Origin: Octopus sinensis
Taxonomy: Eukaryota
Assembly: GCF_006345805.1 (NCBI RefSeq)
Contig: NC_043001.1
Location: forward strand, 79,112,001-79,176,000
Length of the DNA: 64,000 nucleotides
Reading direction: 5' to 3'
The position numbers were made by a program, and so were the translations under genes. Positions 1 to 12,195 of this stretch are shown in pieces; the stretch's first letter is position 1, and each line of letters starts with the position of its first letter. The notes under the pieces are model-generated. The model did no database searches. It had not been told where the DNA came from and saw only the letters and a program-made list of their open reading frames with translations.

Positions 1-35
1 GATTATTATTATTCGACTTGGGAACGATTTTTTTA

Positions 36-237
36 AGGCGCTGAGCTGGTAGAATCTATAGCATCCCGGGCGAAATGGTTAGCGATATTTCGACCGTTGT
101 TATGTTCTGAGTTCAAATTCTACCGAGGTCTACTCTCCTTTCATTCTTTAGGAGAAAAGTACCAGCTCAGTACTGGGGTCAGGGTAAGCGACTTTCCACT
201 CCCCAAAATTTCAAGCATTATGCCTATTGTAGAAAGG

Positions 238-284
<47 letters not shown>

Positions 285-303
285 CATTATTAATATTATT
301 ATT
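36..303 (+). mobile_element. SINE family A, (ATT)n-tailed variant (A2)
   Basis: tRNA-like head with A-box-like GCTGGTAGAATC and B-box-like GAGTTCAAATTC; shared body; tail CCCCAAAATTTCA...TGCCTATTGTAGAAAGG followed by (ATT)n at 238-303. Homologous to many copies in the window. Confidence 0.85.
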
Positions 304-708
304 AAGGCGGCGAGCCACAAGAATCGCTTGTACACTGAACGAAATACTTAGCGGTATTTCGCCTGCCGTTACCTTCTGAGTTCAAATTCCACCGGAGTCG
401 ACTTTGCCTTTCATCCTTTCGGGGTCGATTAAATAAGTACCAGTTACTCATTGGGGTCGATATAATCGACTTAATCCGTTTGTCTGTCCTTCTTTATCCT
501 CTCTGTGTTTAGCCCCTTGTGGATAGTAAAGAAATAGGTATTTCGCCCGTCGCTACGTTCTGAGTTCAAATTCCGCCGAGCTCGACTTTGCCTTTCATAG
601 TATTAGGTTCGATAAATTAAATACATATTGCGCACTGGAGTCGATATAATCGACTGGGCCTCTTCCCCAAAATTTCAGGCCTTGTGCCTATAGTAGAAAT
701 GATTATTA
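304..708 (+). mobile_element. SINE A dimer: full A1 copy (304-536, LINE-type tail) followed by a headless A2 copy (537-708)
   Basis: First unit ends TCTGTGTTTAGCCCCTTGTGGATAGTAAAGAAATA. Second unit restarts at GGTATTTCGCC (537-547), which duplicates 353-363, and ends AGGCCTTGTGCCTATAGTAGAAATGATTATT. Confidence 0.85.
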
Positions 709-1585
709 AGGAGATGGAGTGGTACAATCGTTAACAGGCAGAGCAAATTTCTTAGCACCAGTTCGTCCGTGTTTGCGTTCTCGGTTCAAAATTTAACTGA
801 CGTCGACTTTGCCTTTCATTCTTTCGGAGCCGACAGAATAAGTACCACTTGCTCATGGGGTCGATGTAATCAATTAGACCTCTCTCCCAATACTTCAGAT
901 TTTGTACATATAGTAGAGTTGATAATTAGTGACGCTAGTTCAGTACGACAGACAAAATGCTTAACGGCATTTTTTCCTCTTTACATTCTGAGTACAAATC
1001 CCATCGATGTCGACTTTGTCTTTCATATTTCCAGGTCGATAAAAAAGGGTACCAATTGATTCTTGAGGTTGGAATAATCGGAAAGGCCCCTCCACAGAAA
1101 AAATTTCAGAACTTTTAACATTTTTATTACCCACAAGGGGCTAAACACAGAGGAGACAAACAAGGACAGCAAACGGATTAAGTCGGTTACATCGACCCAA
1201 GGGCGTAACTGGTACCTAACTTATCGACCCCGAAAGGATGAAAGGCAAAGTCGACCTCGGCGGAATTTTAACACAGAATGTAACGACAAACGAAATACCT
1301 ACTTCTTTACTACCCACAAGGGGCTAAACACAGAGAGGACAAACAAGGACAGACACACGGATTAATCGATTATATCGATCCCAGTGCGTAACTGATACTT
1401 ATTTAATCGACACCGAAAGGATGAATGGCAAAGTCGTCATCGGCGGAATTTGAACTCAGAACGAATCGGCAGACAAAATACCGCTAAGCATTTCACCCGG
1501 CGTGCTAACAATTCTGAGCAGCTCACCGCCTTCAGAAAGTTCAGAAAAAATTTCAGAACTCGTGCCAAGAACAGAAATGATTATT
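709..1585 (+). mobile_element. Two older, diverged SINE A copies in tandem; the second is split by the minus-strand insertion at 1114-1541
   Basis: Degenerate GTCGACTTTGCCTTTCAT body motifs near 815 and 1010. The tail of the second copy resumes at 1542-1585 after the duplicated target. Confidence 0.7.
1114..1541 (-). mobile_element. SINE A1 dimer (full copy plus headless copy) with a 19-bp target-site duplication
   Basis: CAGAAAAAATTTCAGAACT is identical at 1095-1113 and 1542-1560. Both units end in the TAGCCCCTTGTGGGTA tail. The internal junction reads AAAGAAGTA|GGTATTTCG on the minus strand. Confidence 0.85.
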
Positions 1586-2138
1586 GGTAGTGGTGATGTT
1601 GGTCAGACAATCAACCGGCACAATCGTTAGTATATCGGACAAAATACTGAGTAGCATTTATTCCGGTTTTTTAATTTCTGAGTTCAAAAGGTTAACTTTG
1701 CCTTTCATCATTACGGGATTGTTAAGGTTAGGTACATTTCAAGTACTGGTGATGACGTATTCGAATTGCTCCCCTCCATCTCATCTCACATCTGGTGGCT
1801 TTATGTCAAAAATTAGAAATATTCAGGGTGTCGGTAGTGGTTCAAGGTGGTGTTTTAAGTTCGTGATGTTTGCGACAATGTTGCCGCTAGCAGTGCAGTG
1901 TTCGTGATACAGGTTGTATTCTTGGCGGTAGTGGTTGTGTTGTGGGGGTGATTGTGTTAATGGTGAAGGTGATGGTGGATGGTCTGTTAGTGGTGAAGTT
2001 ATTGTTATTGTTGGCAGTGGTTTTGGTCAATACGAGTCAAGGAGGTGTTGGTGTATGTGGTAAACATGTGACTCTTGTAGTTATGGTGTTACCAAGCAAT
2101 ACTTTTTCAAGAAATTGGTATTGTCAATCTTGTTTATG

Positions 2139-2141
2139 AAA

Positions 2142-2200
<59 letters not shown>

Positions 2201-2232
2201 ATACTACTACTACTACTACTGCTACTACTACC
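2139..2232. repeat. (TAC)n microsatellite after a GT/GGT-rich low-complexity tract
   Basis: Visible directly; accounts for the poly-Ser ORF. Confidence 0.9.
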
Positions 2233-2519
2233 CAGAATGAACAAACCGGAATAGGAGGAGATACGTGGGAGGGAGAGAGACAGGAGAGACCAGAGCATGT
2301 GTGACGAAAGATTTTCAGACAAAGAACACTAAAATAAGAATAATAATAAATCTGAAGTGTAGAACAAATCTATAGAGTGCGTGTTTCTTTGGCAAAAACA
2401 AACAAGCAAAAATTCCATCACAAAATATAACAATAAATATTTCAAGACACGATTTCACTGTAAGAATCTGACAAATCTCATAAAGTCGAAAAATCCACAT
2501 TAGAACTTACCTTTTAACT

Positions 2520-2875
2520 CTAGTACTTACTCTTTGTTCTGTTTTGCCGAAGCGGTAAGTTACGAGGAAACAAACACAGCAACACTGGTTGTCAAGCGGT
2601 GACGGGGGACAGACACAGACACAAATATATACGCACATGCAAACACACATGCACACGAACACATAGAAATACACACATGAACACACACTGAGACACATAT
2701 ATATGTATATACGACGGGCTTCTTTAGGTTTCCGTCTACCAAACTCAACCCACAAGGTTTTGGTCGGCCCGAGGCTATAGTAGAAGATACCTGCTCAAGA
2801 TGGTACACAGAGAGACTGAATCAGGAACCACCTTCTTCGGAAGCAAGATTCCAACCAAACAGCCACACCTGCGCC
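2520..2875 (-). mobile_element. SINE family B copy
   Basis: Reverse complement of the family B head (GGCGCAGGTGTGGCTG...), body GGTAGACGGAAAC..AAGAAGCCCGTCG, and an internal CA/TA tract. Confidence 0.75.
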
Positions 2876-3002
2876 TGTATGTATATATATATATATATAT
2901 ATATGTCTTTTAACTCCATTTACGCAAAACGTTTGTGAATATGAATATAAAACCTGCAAATTTATTTGGCCGGTTTCAACATAATGATGCCACCTGACAA
3001 AA

Positions 3003-3404
3003 ATTGTTTACGTAGGATATGTGCGATGTCTAGTAGTGCAATTTTCTGTATGTTGTATATATTTGTAAGTCCTGGTGTTTTGGTTACGTATTTGTCTGAA
3101 TGTTTTTTTTATCATACCCAATGCGTCTACTACAATAGGAATTGTTTCTGTTTTTGGGCTCCACACTCACGGTCCCTCTAGTTCAAGATCTTTGTATTTT
3201 GAATTTTACTCCATTTCTTTAAGAGAAACGTTATCATCTCTTGGTACTGGTACATCGATGAGAAAGCATTTTCTTCTCTTGGTGATCTCTGATACTTATA
3301 TCCGACTTTTTTATCCCTAAATTTCTCTATCTGTTTGTATTGGTATTACCCAGAGTAGGATTGCTTTCTCATTTTCTGTGACCTTTTCTCGGATATGCCA
3401 ATAC
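3003..3404 (-). pseudogene. C-terminal restriction-like endonuclease (RLE) fragment of an R4/Dong-type non-LTR retrotransposon, decayed
   Basis: Manual translation across stops and frameshifts gives KCFLIDVPVPRDDNVSLKEME*NSKYKDLELE, TETIPIVVDALGMIKK and IQKIALLDIAHILRKQ. These match the PD..D/KExEK..KY/IPI.VGALG/IQK.ALLGTAHILR pattern of R4/Dong RLE domains. Confidence 0.8.
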
Positions 3405-3516
3405 AATTTATTATTATTATTATTATTAAAATCATTATGATTAATATTATTATGATTATTATTATCATCTCGTATCTATATATGCATATCTAAACATACA
3501 TACATACATACATACA

Positions 3517-3589
<73 letters not shown>

Positions 3590-3835
3590 TGATCTATTTC
3601 TCGTGTAATGTCCCGATAATGTATATTATTCATAATGTACGAAACTCTAGGCCAATTCCTCGACATTACATAGTAATGAACCAATATATTGGCAATTATT
3701 TAATCATAGTATGTTCCATCATTGCATTAAATAATACTTTTGGGTGATAAATCATAAAAATCAAAATAGAGAAAATGATAATGAAAATCCAATCTGTGTG
3801 AGATATGGCAGATGTTTTGGGAGATAGATAGATAG

Positions 3836-3918
<83 letters not shown>

Positions 3919-4054
3919 GAGAGAGAGGCAAAGAGAGAGAGAACATATACGAATAGTTTTACAAAGGAGAATCAGTAACTGAATTTCAATATGCCCACAT
4001 ATTTCAACATATCACATAATATATATATATGTATTATGTATGTATGTGGTTATG

Positions 4055-4110
<56 letters not shown>

Positions 4111-5676
4111 ACGGAGATGGACTTGCATAGCATGTGACTTGATCTGAGATCGTGTGCTGGAACGAAAACAATTGCAGCGTGGAAGGTGTTTGTAAGCCAT
4201 TTAAGAAACACACAAAAGCCGTTCGATTCACTTCAACTTTAAGTTTAAGTTGTCAAAATATTTCCGTCGCTATAAGACCGTGACCTGTTCACTGACAAAA
4301 ATCCATGCTGCATCTGAGAAAGTAACAGTTAGTTCGACATATATATGTACGTATGTATGTGTGTATGTATGTATACACGCATGTATGCATGCATGCATGT
4401 ATGTATGTATGAACGTACATACGCCTGTGTGTATGTATGTATGTATGTATGTATGTATGTATATATGTATGTATGTGTGTGTATATGCACGCACATACAC
4501 ACTATAAACTTAAAGCTATAAACCTGTAGTGATGGATAGATGTAGACTGACCACTCATCACAACAATATCAAATTTCAACCTCCCCCGCCGAAACTAGAA
4601 GTGATTTACGACCCTCACCCCCAAAACAAAACTCTCTAAAACCTATTATCAGACATTTATCTCTATATCACAAAACTGTTTTACTATTACTCATCTTTTT
4701 ATTTCTTTTTAACTTTTTTTCTCCCTTACATCTAGTTAGTTCAGGTTAAATATACATACGTATGTATGTATGTATGTATGTATGTGTGTATGCACGTACG
4801 TACGCATGTGCGTATGTATGTATACGCGCACGTACGCATGTGCCCATGTGTTTGTGCGTACATGTACGTGAGTATGTACGTGTGTATGTCCATACGTAGG
4901 TATGTATGTTTGTACTTATGTGCTATGTATGTATGTGAGTATCTAGGAGAATGGGCAGGCACGTCTGTGTGTGTGTGTCCATGTGTATGTGCATGTGAAC
5001 GTATGTCCGTGTACTGGTATGTGTCCGTCCAAGTTGTGTACATGACTGTTACTTTGTTGAAGGTTGTATATATACACACATATATGTTTGTATAGACGCA
5101 CACACCTATATATATGTGTGGGTGTGTGTTTGTTGCTCTCATCATCGTCTAACTGTGAATGGATACAACGTTTAGGTGCAACAGTGCTCATATAACCATA
5201 TACATATACACAAGTACACACAATCATATAGACACACTCATAAATATACATATAATCTTAAATTATGTACCCATATATTCTTATCCACTTCTACATACAT
5301 ATGTCCTATTACACACATACACACATACACATATACACACGCGCACACACAAACGCACACACACACGCACAAACATACTTACGCACACACACGCACACAT
5401 ACATGCAAAATACGACACAGTATACAAGGGCAACGGTTAAAAATCGAACATGGATTATATTTTATATATGCATAAACGCATACATATACAATACATCCAT
5501 ACATCCATACATGCTCATATGTGCATGCATGTGCATTTTTTATAGCACCACAAATGCACATACGTATCAAACAAGGTACGCTCATACAGTTATATATAAC
5601 TGCACATAAGTGTTTTAGCACCACGCATTGCAACATGTACGTAAGGATTACATGTAAACGAGAGAAAGAGGGGTGG

Positions 5677-6106
5677 TTATAGAATGGTCCTCCTGAATGG
5701 GATCTGGATGTTACTCCATTCGGATTTTCGGTTGAGAGTAGGTTTGTATTCTTGTATACAAACAGCTTCTGTGACCTGTCTCAACATTGCATCGGTGGGA
5801 TGTGTTGATAAGATGTTTAACTTAAGTTTCCCTAGGGATCCCTTGTGGCAGTCTACAGCATGTTGGTAGAAGATGGAGTTTGGCTTCCTTTCAATGAAGT
5901 TGTCCAGGTGTTCTTTGAACCTATCATTGATACTCCTAGAAGTCTCACCTATGTATGACTCTGGTTTAGTCGCGCAAGCTCCTTCTTGGCACTCAATTTG
6001 GTATACAGTGCCCTTAGTCTTGCAGTTCACATGTGGGTTTGTCGAACATACTGCACAATTACTTTGACACAATTACTTTGAAATGGATATGATCTGCATA
6101 ACGCCG
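5677..6106 (-). pseudogene. Penelope-like element 3' fragment encoding a GIY-YIG endonuclease
   Basis: ORF 5677-6072 has C..C...NC...VYQIEC...YIGETSRSINDRFKEH...RQVTEAVCI...LNRKSEW. Upstream LCRSYPF is reached across a 14-nt tandem duplication. Same family as the element at 26090-27722. Confidence 0.9.
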
Positions 6107-7159
6107 TAGAAAAGACAGGTAGGACTATCAAATCGGCGTTATGCAGATCATATCCATTTGATGTCTATATTAAATGTCTATATTAAATTTAATATAGAAA
6201 ACAAACCGTTTACCTATATTCGAATGCCCATCATGTATCTTATATTATTCACACATGATTTTTGACTTTCGCGCCAATTAGAAAAGTTATTAATTCTGAT
6301 ATAGAGGAAAAACAAAATTAGGTCATGCGAATGGCAATGTTTTTGATACTCTCTACTTTTAAATATATTTGAAGTCATCTTTTAAGTAATTATATGGTTT
6401 CTAGGAAAGTTACAGGGCTCTATTGTTGCAACGTAGATAACAAGTATGACACATATTAAATTTGATAAACGTCATACATATTTTCATTACACCGCTTCAT
6501 TGCTCTGCTTACAGACTAAAATTGTAATGTGCGCTTTACATGACGGATACTTTTTTTCTGAAGATCTTAGTTTAATGGATTTTCTTTCCTAAAACAAATT
6601 GTACTAATTATTATTTGCATAAATGTGAATTTATAATTTGTGTAGAGAAGATGAAGTTTTCGAAGCATTTGTTCATAGTTATCCTTTTCCACTTTGGTTT
6701 TCGAAGGCAACTCACCCTTGTGCTTGCCCAATTTTTCGTCTTTTCTGTATTATAGTATGTGTGCGTATGTACGTTTTATTTTTCTCTTTTTAATTTAGTG
6801 ATAACTTTGACCGAACAATTGCTTCGTTGCAATGTTTTGCATGAAAGCATTTATTTCGTTTATCAGCTTTTAAAATATTAAGGAGACCATGCAGAATTGT
6901 ATAATCTCAGTTACCATTATTAATTGTAGCATATGAATTAATGGGCAGCATTCTCTCTCCAAGAATCCAAGTTCAACGATATTTTACTCCATGTGGTTTA
7001 GTACGTATCGTCTCGCTCCAATAACAATAGATATTTGGTGCTGGCGAATATAAATGGTCCATGGACGGTTTACTTCTGTATTTTCTAGAGGGCAGCTGAT
7101 TTAAAATACCAACATACTGTTTCCCGTGGTCCCTATGTCTCTATGTGTGTCTGTATGTA

Positions 7160-7575
7160 CGAGGTAGGTGCTAAAACATTTCCTGGCTTTAAGGGTATCG
7201 CAAAAGGCTTAGTTGGAAGCACAATCTTCCCCGTTTTTATACAGGGCTTAGAAAAAGTTTGAGTTAAAAGAGTTTCCTATGTTTCCTCGGTGTTTGTAAA
7301 TATGTAGTAGAGGCGGTGTGTTAGTTGAGCTGTCGATTTATACACCGTAGCATCTTTTCACATACATGGGCGAGCCGAAATGTTCCTGGCTTTGAATGAA
7401 AGAAAATACGGGAAGATCAGTTAATTATGATTTTATTCAACATATTCCTCTCTCAGAGTCACACATATTGCTGCAATCCTTCAGTTTTTCTAATCCCTGA
7501 AAAACCACTCGGACGTTTGGGCCTGCGACAAGGTCTTTGATGACACTCTTAAAAGGCCAGGAACTTTTCACCACT
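7160..7575. mobile_element. Mariner-derived MITE: partial forward copy (~7160-7258) and a reverse copy (~7372-7575)
   Basis: TA|CGAGG..GGTGCTAAAA..TTCCTGGCTTT terminus and the reciprocal AGGCCAGGAACTTTTCACCAC. The interior resembles a decayed mariner C-terminus (G L.KL..R..KC....G.YVE). Confidence 0.6.
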
Positions 7576-7880
7576 TTATCATAAGAATCTTAAATGAAGC
7601 AATTTTGAAATGTCTTCCTAATCTTCTTTGTGCCACTAACAGATTAGATTTGGAGAATTCGCGATAATCTCTTATGCTCTCTCTGCGCGAAATCGAGTAC
7701 ATAATGCACATATGATCATAAGTACAGATGAGATATTATATCTATGGTACAAGAGCTTTAAGTTTCGCACGAATTCTTTGTAAATAAGTATATGTGCACG
7801 TGTGTGTGTTTGTATATGTACATGTTCGTGTATGTGCTTACCGTTCTATATATGTTAGTCTTTTACACGGGTACGTGTAT

Positions 7881-8075
7881 ACTCTTTTACTCTTTTACTT
7901 GTTTCAGTCATTTGACTGTGGCCATGCTGGAGCACCGCCTTTAGTCGAGCCAATCGACCCCAAGACTTATTCTTTGTAAGTCTAGCACTTCTTTTGGCGA
8001 ACTGTTTACAGGGACGTAAACACACCAGCATCGTTTGTCAAGCGATGTTGGGTGGACAAACGCACACACACACAT

Positions 8076-8112
<37 letters not shown>

Positions 8113-8270
8113 CATATACATATACATATATACGACGGGTTTCTTTCAGTTTCCATCTACCAAATCCGCTCACAAGGCTTTGGTCGGCCCGTGGCTGTAG
8201 TGGAAGACACCCCGCAGTAGGACTGAACCTGGAACCATGTGGTTGGTAAGCAAACTACTTACCACACAGC
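7881..8270 (-). mobile_element. SINE family B copy
   Basis: Tail ACTCTTTTACTCTTTTACTTGTTTCAGTCATTTGACTGTGGCCATGCTGGAGCACCGCC, internal (CA)n(TA)n tract, tRNA-like head. Confidence 0.85.
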
Positions 8271-8836
8271 CTGTGTACGTATGCGATAATACGTACCTTT
8301 CTATATATATTTGCCTTTTACACACAAACTTTTCTTTAGCTAACAATGGATGGGTTTCTAATTAATATACATCATGATTTCGTAGAAATTAAAACAAACA
8401 CAACAGAACAACATCAAAGAGAGTCTCAAACTTGTGTCGATTTAAATATTCAATTTCCTGAGAACTAATTAATCTATGTAGCGCTATACTAATTTTCGTA
8501 TTTTTGGTTTCCCTTTATGATCTGTTTCTTATTACCGTCTTTTTTTTTCTGTATTATCATAAATTCTTCATCTCAAGGTTATTGCGTAAGAAAATGCTTA
8601 ACGTTATTAAGTGCAACAATAGAAATCCATAGAAAGTTTTAAACTGCAATCACTCTGACACAGTCTTCAGGGTTAGAAGTAATAAGTCGATACATCCTTT
8701 ACTGATTTCAAGTGAGATTTTAACAATACCCAGCAGATAATTTTAGCAACATTCCATAAAGTTTTCTTTTGAAATAACGAGGGCAGTTATTTTCATGGCC
8801 CTTTCGCAAAAATGTCATATAGCAATATATATATAT

Positions 8837-8923
<87 letters not shown>

Positions 8924-9488
8924 CATACATATATACATATATATCTATATATATAAATCAATATATCAATCTCTCTCATTGCACACACACAGACACACAC
9001 ACACACACACATATATAAATTTATATGTATGAATATGCGTGTATATATGTATATATAAACATATGCATATATATATATATATATATATATACGCATATGA
9101 TTATATATGTATATGTGTATGTATCTGCCTGTGTGTCTTTCTATCTTTGTATGTATTTATCTATCGAACCATCTCTTTCTATATAATGCATACATACACA
9201 GACACACATACATACATACATACATACATACATACATGCGCACGCGCACTTACGGATGTCTATGAGTTTCGGCTCTTTATATTTTAAGTGGATGTCGCTT
9301 TGTGAAATCGACATAATGCACGGTGCATGCATCACCTTTGCTATGTAAGATCTGACACATACAAACACAAACACGCACAAACACAGAAACGCAGGTACAT
9401 ATGCATCTATAGAGAAAGCAGTACATCTGTAATTTTACACGCGTATATAAGTATTTATTGTTGATTTCGGATGTGTGTTGTTCATGTA

Positions 9489-9872
9489 TCTCTCTCTACA
9501 TAAACGGCAGTTTGTCTGTGCGTGTTTCTGTGTGTCTGTTTTCTCGTACCCTCACCCTGACCACGGCTTTCAACCGATTCTGATGAAACTTGACACACGC
9601 ATAGCCCAATGTCATAATTCAAAACTAACGCAGCGAAAATTTTGAAAAGTTGCCCCAGTTCTGAAAAAAATCGATAAATTCGACATGGGGTCGAGAATCA
9701 GAAACCCAAACCACAGACCGTCTAGGGGACGCAACTCCACCTTTTTTAACTCTCAAAAAAATTTACCATCATTTTTTTCCAATTTTTTTGCTATTTTTTG
9801 GCTATAACTCTCTAAAAATGCTTTATAGTTATTTCCCTTACAAACCTGAGCAACGCCGGGCGATACTGCTAG
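9489..9872 (+). mobile_element. Non-autonomous Helitron
   Basis: A|TC start and GAGCAACGCCGGGCGATACTGCTAG|T end. The 3' ~90 bp is shared with the copies at 33596-34150 and 34284-34788, while the 5' part differs. Confidence 0.75.
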
Positions 9873-10143
9873 TTGTAAATATATGTAGAATTTAATCTGT
9901 AAATCCTAAATAAATGGTGAGAATGCTGCCTTTATTCAAAGCAACCAACTCTTTTCTTTCAGTCACAGTCACATTTCTCAGGCGTACTAGAGTCCAACAG
10001 CAAAACGCTCTAATACCACCTCACACAGAATATGATATCGTTAGATCTGCGCTCGAAACAAACTATAAACGATTTGTAAAATTGGAGACAAAAACTGATA
10101 AGCAACTAAAATTTGGACACAGCTGCATATTGAATATGTATGT

Positions 10144-10306
10144 AGGTGCAGGAGTGGCTGTGTGGTAAGTAGCTTGTTTACCAACCACATGGCTCCGGGT
10201 TCAGTCCCAATACGGGAAACCTTGGGCAAGTGTCTTCTACTATATCCTCGGGCCGACCAAAGCCTTGTGAGGCGATATGGTAGACGGTAGCTGAAAGAAG
10301 CCCGTC

Positions 10307-10371
<65 letters not shown>

Positions 10372-10596
10372 TGTGTGTTTTAGTGTGTCTGTGTTTGTAC
10401 CCCTAGCATTGCTTGACAACCGATGCTGGTGTGTTTATGTCCCCGTTACTTAGCGGTTCGGCAAAAAAGACCGATAGAATAAGTACTGAGCTTACAAAAG
10501 AATAAGTCCCGGGTCGAGTTGCTCGATTAAAAGCGGTGCTCCAGCATGGCCGCAGTCAATTGACTGAAATAAGTAAAAGAGTAAAAGAGTAAGAGT
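10144..10596 (+). mobile_element. SINE family B, full-length (tRNA head, CORE-like segment, internal microsatellite, CR1-type tail)
   Basis: A box TGGCTGTGTGG and B box GGTTCAGTCCC. ACCTTGGGCAAGTGTCTT resembles the CORE motif (from memory, needs checking). (TA)n at ~10308-10368. Tail GCGGTGCTCCAGCATGGCCGCAGTCAATTGACTGAAATAAG(TAAAAGAG)n. Confidence 0.88.
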
Positions 10597-11453
10597 ATAT
10601 ATATATATAGTGAAGAATGGTAAGTTCTGTATACATGTGGTATAGGTATATAAGAAAGAAATGAAAGTGAAGAGTCACAGGAAGATTGTGCAGTAAAATT
10701 TATTATGATATTAGGATCATATTACCTCGTTACATTTTCGCAAATTATATATGTACCGGTTTCATGTTAAAAAGGATTGTTAACTTATATAGAGAAAACT
10801 TTTTTACAGTCAGTAGGACGCCATCTTTGAAAAACGTGAACAGAGATGAAGCAATAGGTCAAGGGGAGCAACTCTTATTTTTTCATGAAGCACTTCAGTG
10901 TTTTTGCGGTACATCACGTAGTTGAGACAGTCGGTCTTCGACAATGGAGCTGTGATGAGCTGTCAAAACGAAGATCGTTTAGGGACTGCCTTGACGTCAG
11001 CCCGAATGACGGTGTCAGAATACCTTCAGCCTACGGTTTCGAGGTTTCTCACAGGCGTTCATGGCTGAGGTAATGGTACAGGGCCAACGATCATCATAAA
11101 AAAAGTGTCCAACTTGCTAGATGAACTGCAGTATTCTTGGAGTCACTGAACAATTTGAATGATTTTATTTTCCCCTTGATGCAGCTGAAACATTAATCCC
11201 AGAGGTTTCCAATACAACTTCATCTCTGTGCACAAAAGAGCTTGCAACGTATAGAATGTTTGTAATTTGCACATGGCTCTGTACCGTACACGTACCCAAA
11301 ACAACCGCTAATCTTTTCATTTCTTGTGTCAATATTCTATCTGTCATGGAGATCTGAAAGAAACTGAAACTGTTTCATTGCTTTGGAAACAGTAATGTAT
11401 ATATATAATTCAAACCCAGTGAACAGCAATGACGATACCGGTTTGACTTTGAA

Positions 11454-11685
11454 AATGCGGCGAGCTGGCAGAATCGTTAGAACGTCGGGCGAAATGCTTA
11501 GCGGTATTTCGGCTGCCGTTACGTTGTGAGTTCAAATTCCGCCGAGGTCGACTTTGCCTTTCATCCTTTCGGGGTCGATAAATTAAGTACCAGTTAGCAC
11601 TGGGGTCGATATAATCGACTTAATACCTATGTCTGTCCATGTTTGTCCCCTCTATGTTTAGCCCCTTGTGGGTAATAAAGAATTA
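11454..11685 (+). mobile_element. SINE A1, full-length, with a 14-bp TSD
   Basis: GGTTTGACTTTGAA at 11440-11453 and 11686-11699. Confidence 0.9.
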
Positions 11686-12158
11686 GGTTTGACTTTGAAT
11701 CTCCCTAACAATTCAAAATAATGAATTCAATTATTCTTAATTTTACCACAGTTCATCTAATTGTATTAATTTATCACTACTTTTCATAAAAAAATAGCGC
11801 CTTTACTTTTTTGATATTCAATGTGCATTTTCGCTCTTTTTCTTCTTACATTCCCCATATCTTTTCCACGTGTAGTTTCAATTTTCTTTTACCTTTACCT
11901 TTACCTACACTCACTCTTGCACACATATATATGTATCCGTGTAATATCGATTTCAAATTTTGGCACAAGGCCAGCAATTCCGAAGGAAACGACTCTAGTG
12001 CGTAACCTAAGTGGAATTTGACCTCAGAATGTTAAGACGGACGAAATGCTGCTATGTATTAGGACCTGTGGGCTAACGATTTTACCAGCTCGCCGCCGTT
12101 GTATTAGTTGTAATATCAAGAAAGAATTGCACGATGTGCTAAGTCTAAATTGACGCAA

Positions 12159-12195
<37 letters not shown>

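Noticed and set aside
10144-10210. tRNA genes suggested by A/B-box motifs here and at 49425, 54045 and 35545
   Set aside because: No complete cloverleaf, and each continues into SINE body sequence, so they are tRNA-derived SINE heads.
10752-10815. GAAA-CCGG-TA on the minus strand (also GAAACCGGCC near 2965)
   Set aside because: No CUGANGA core at a compatible position.
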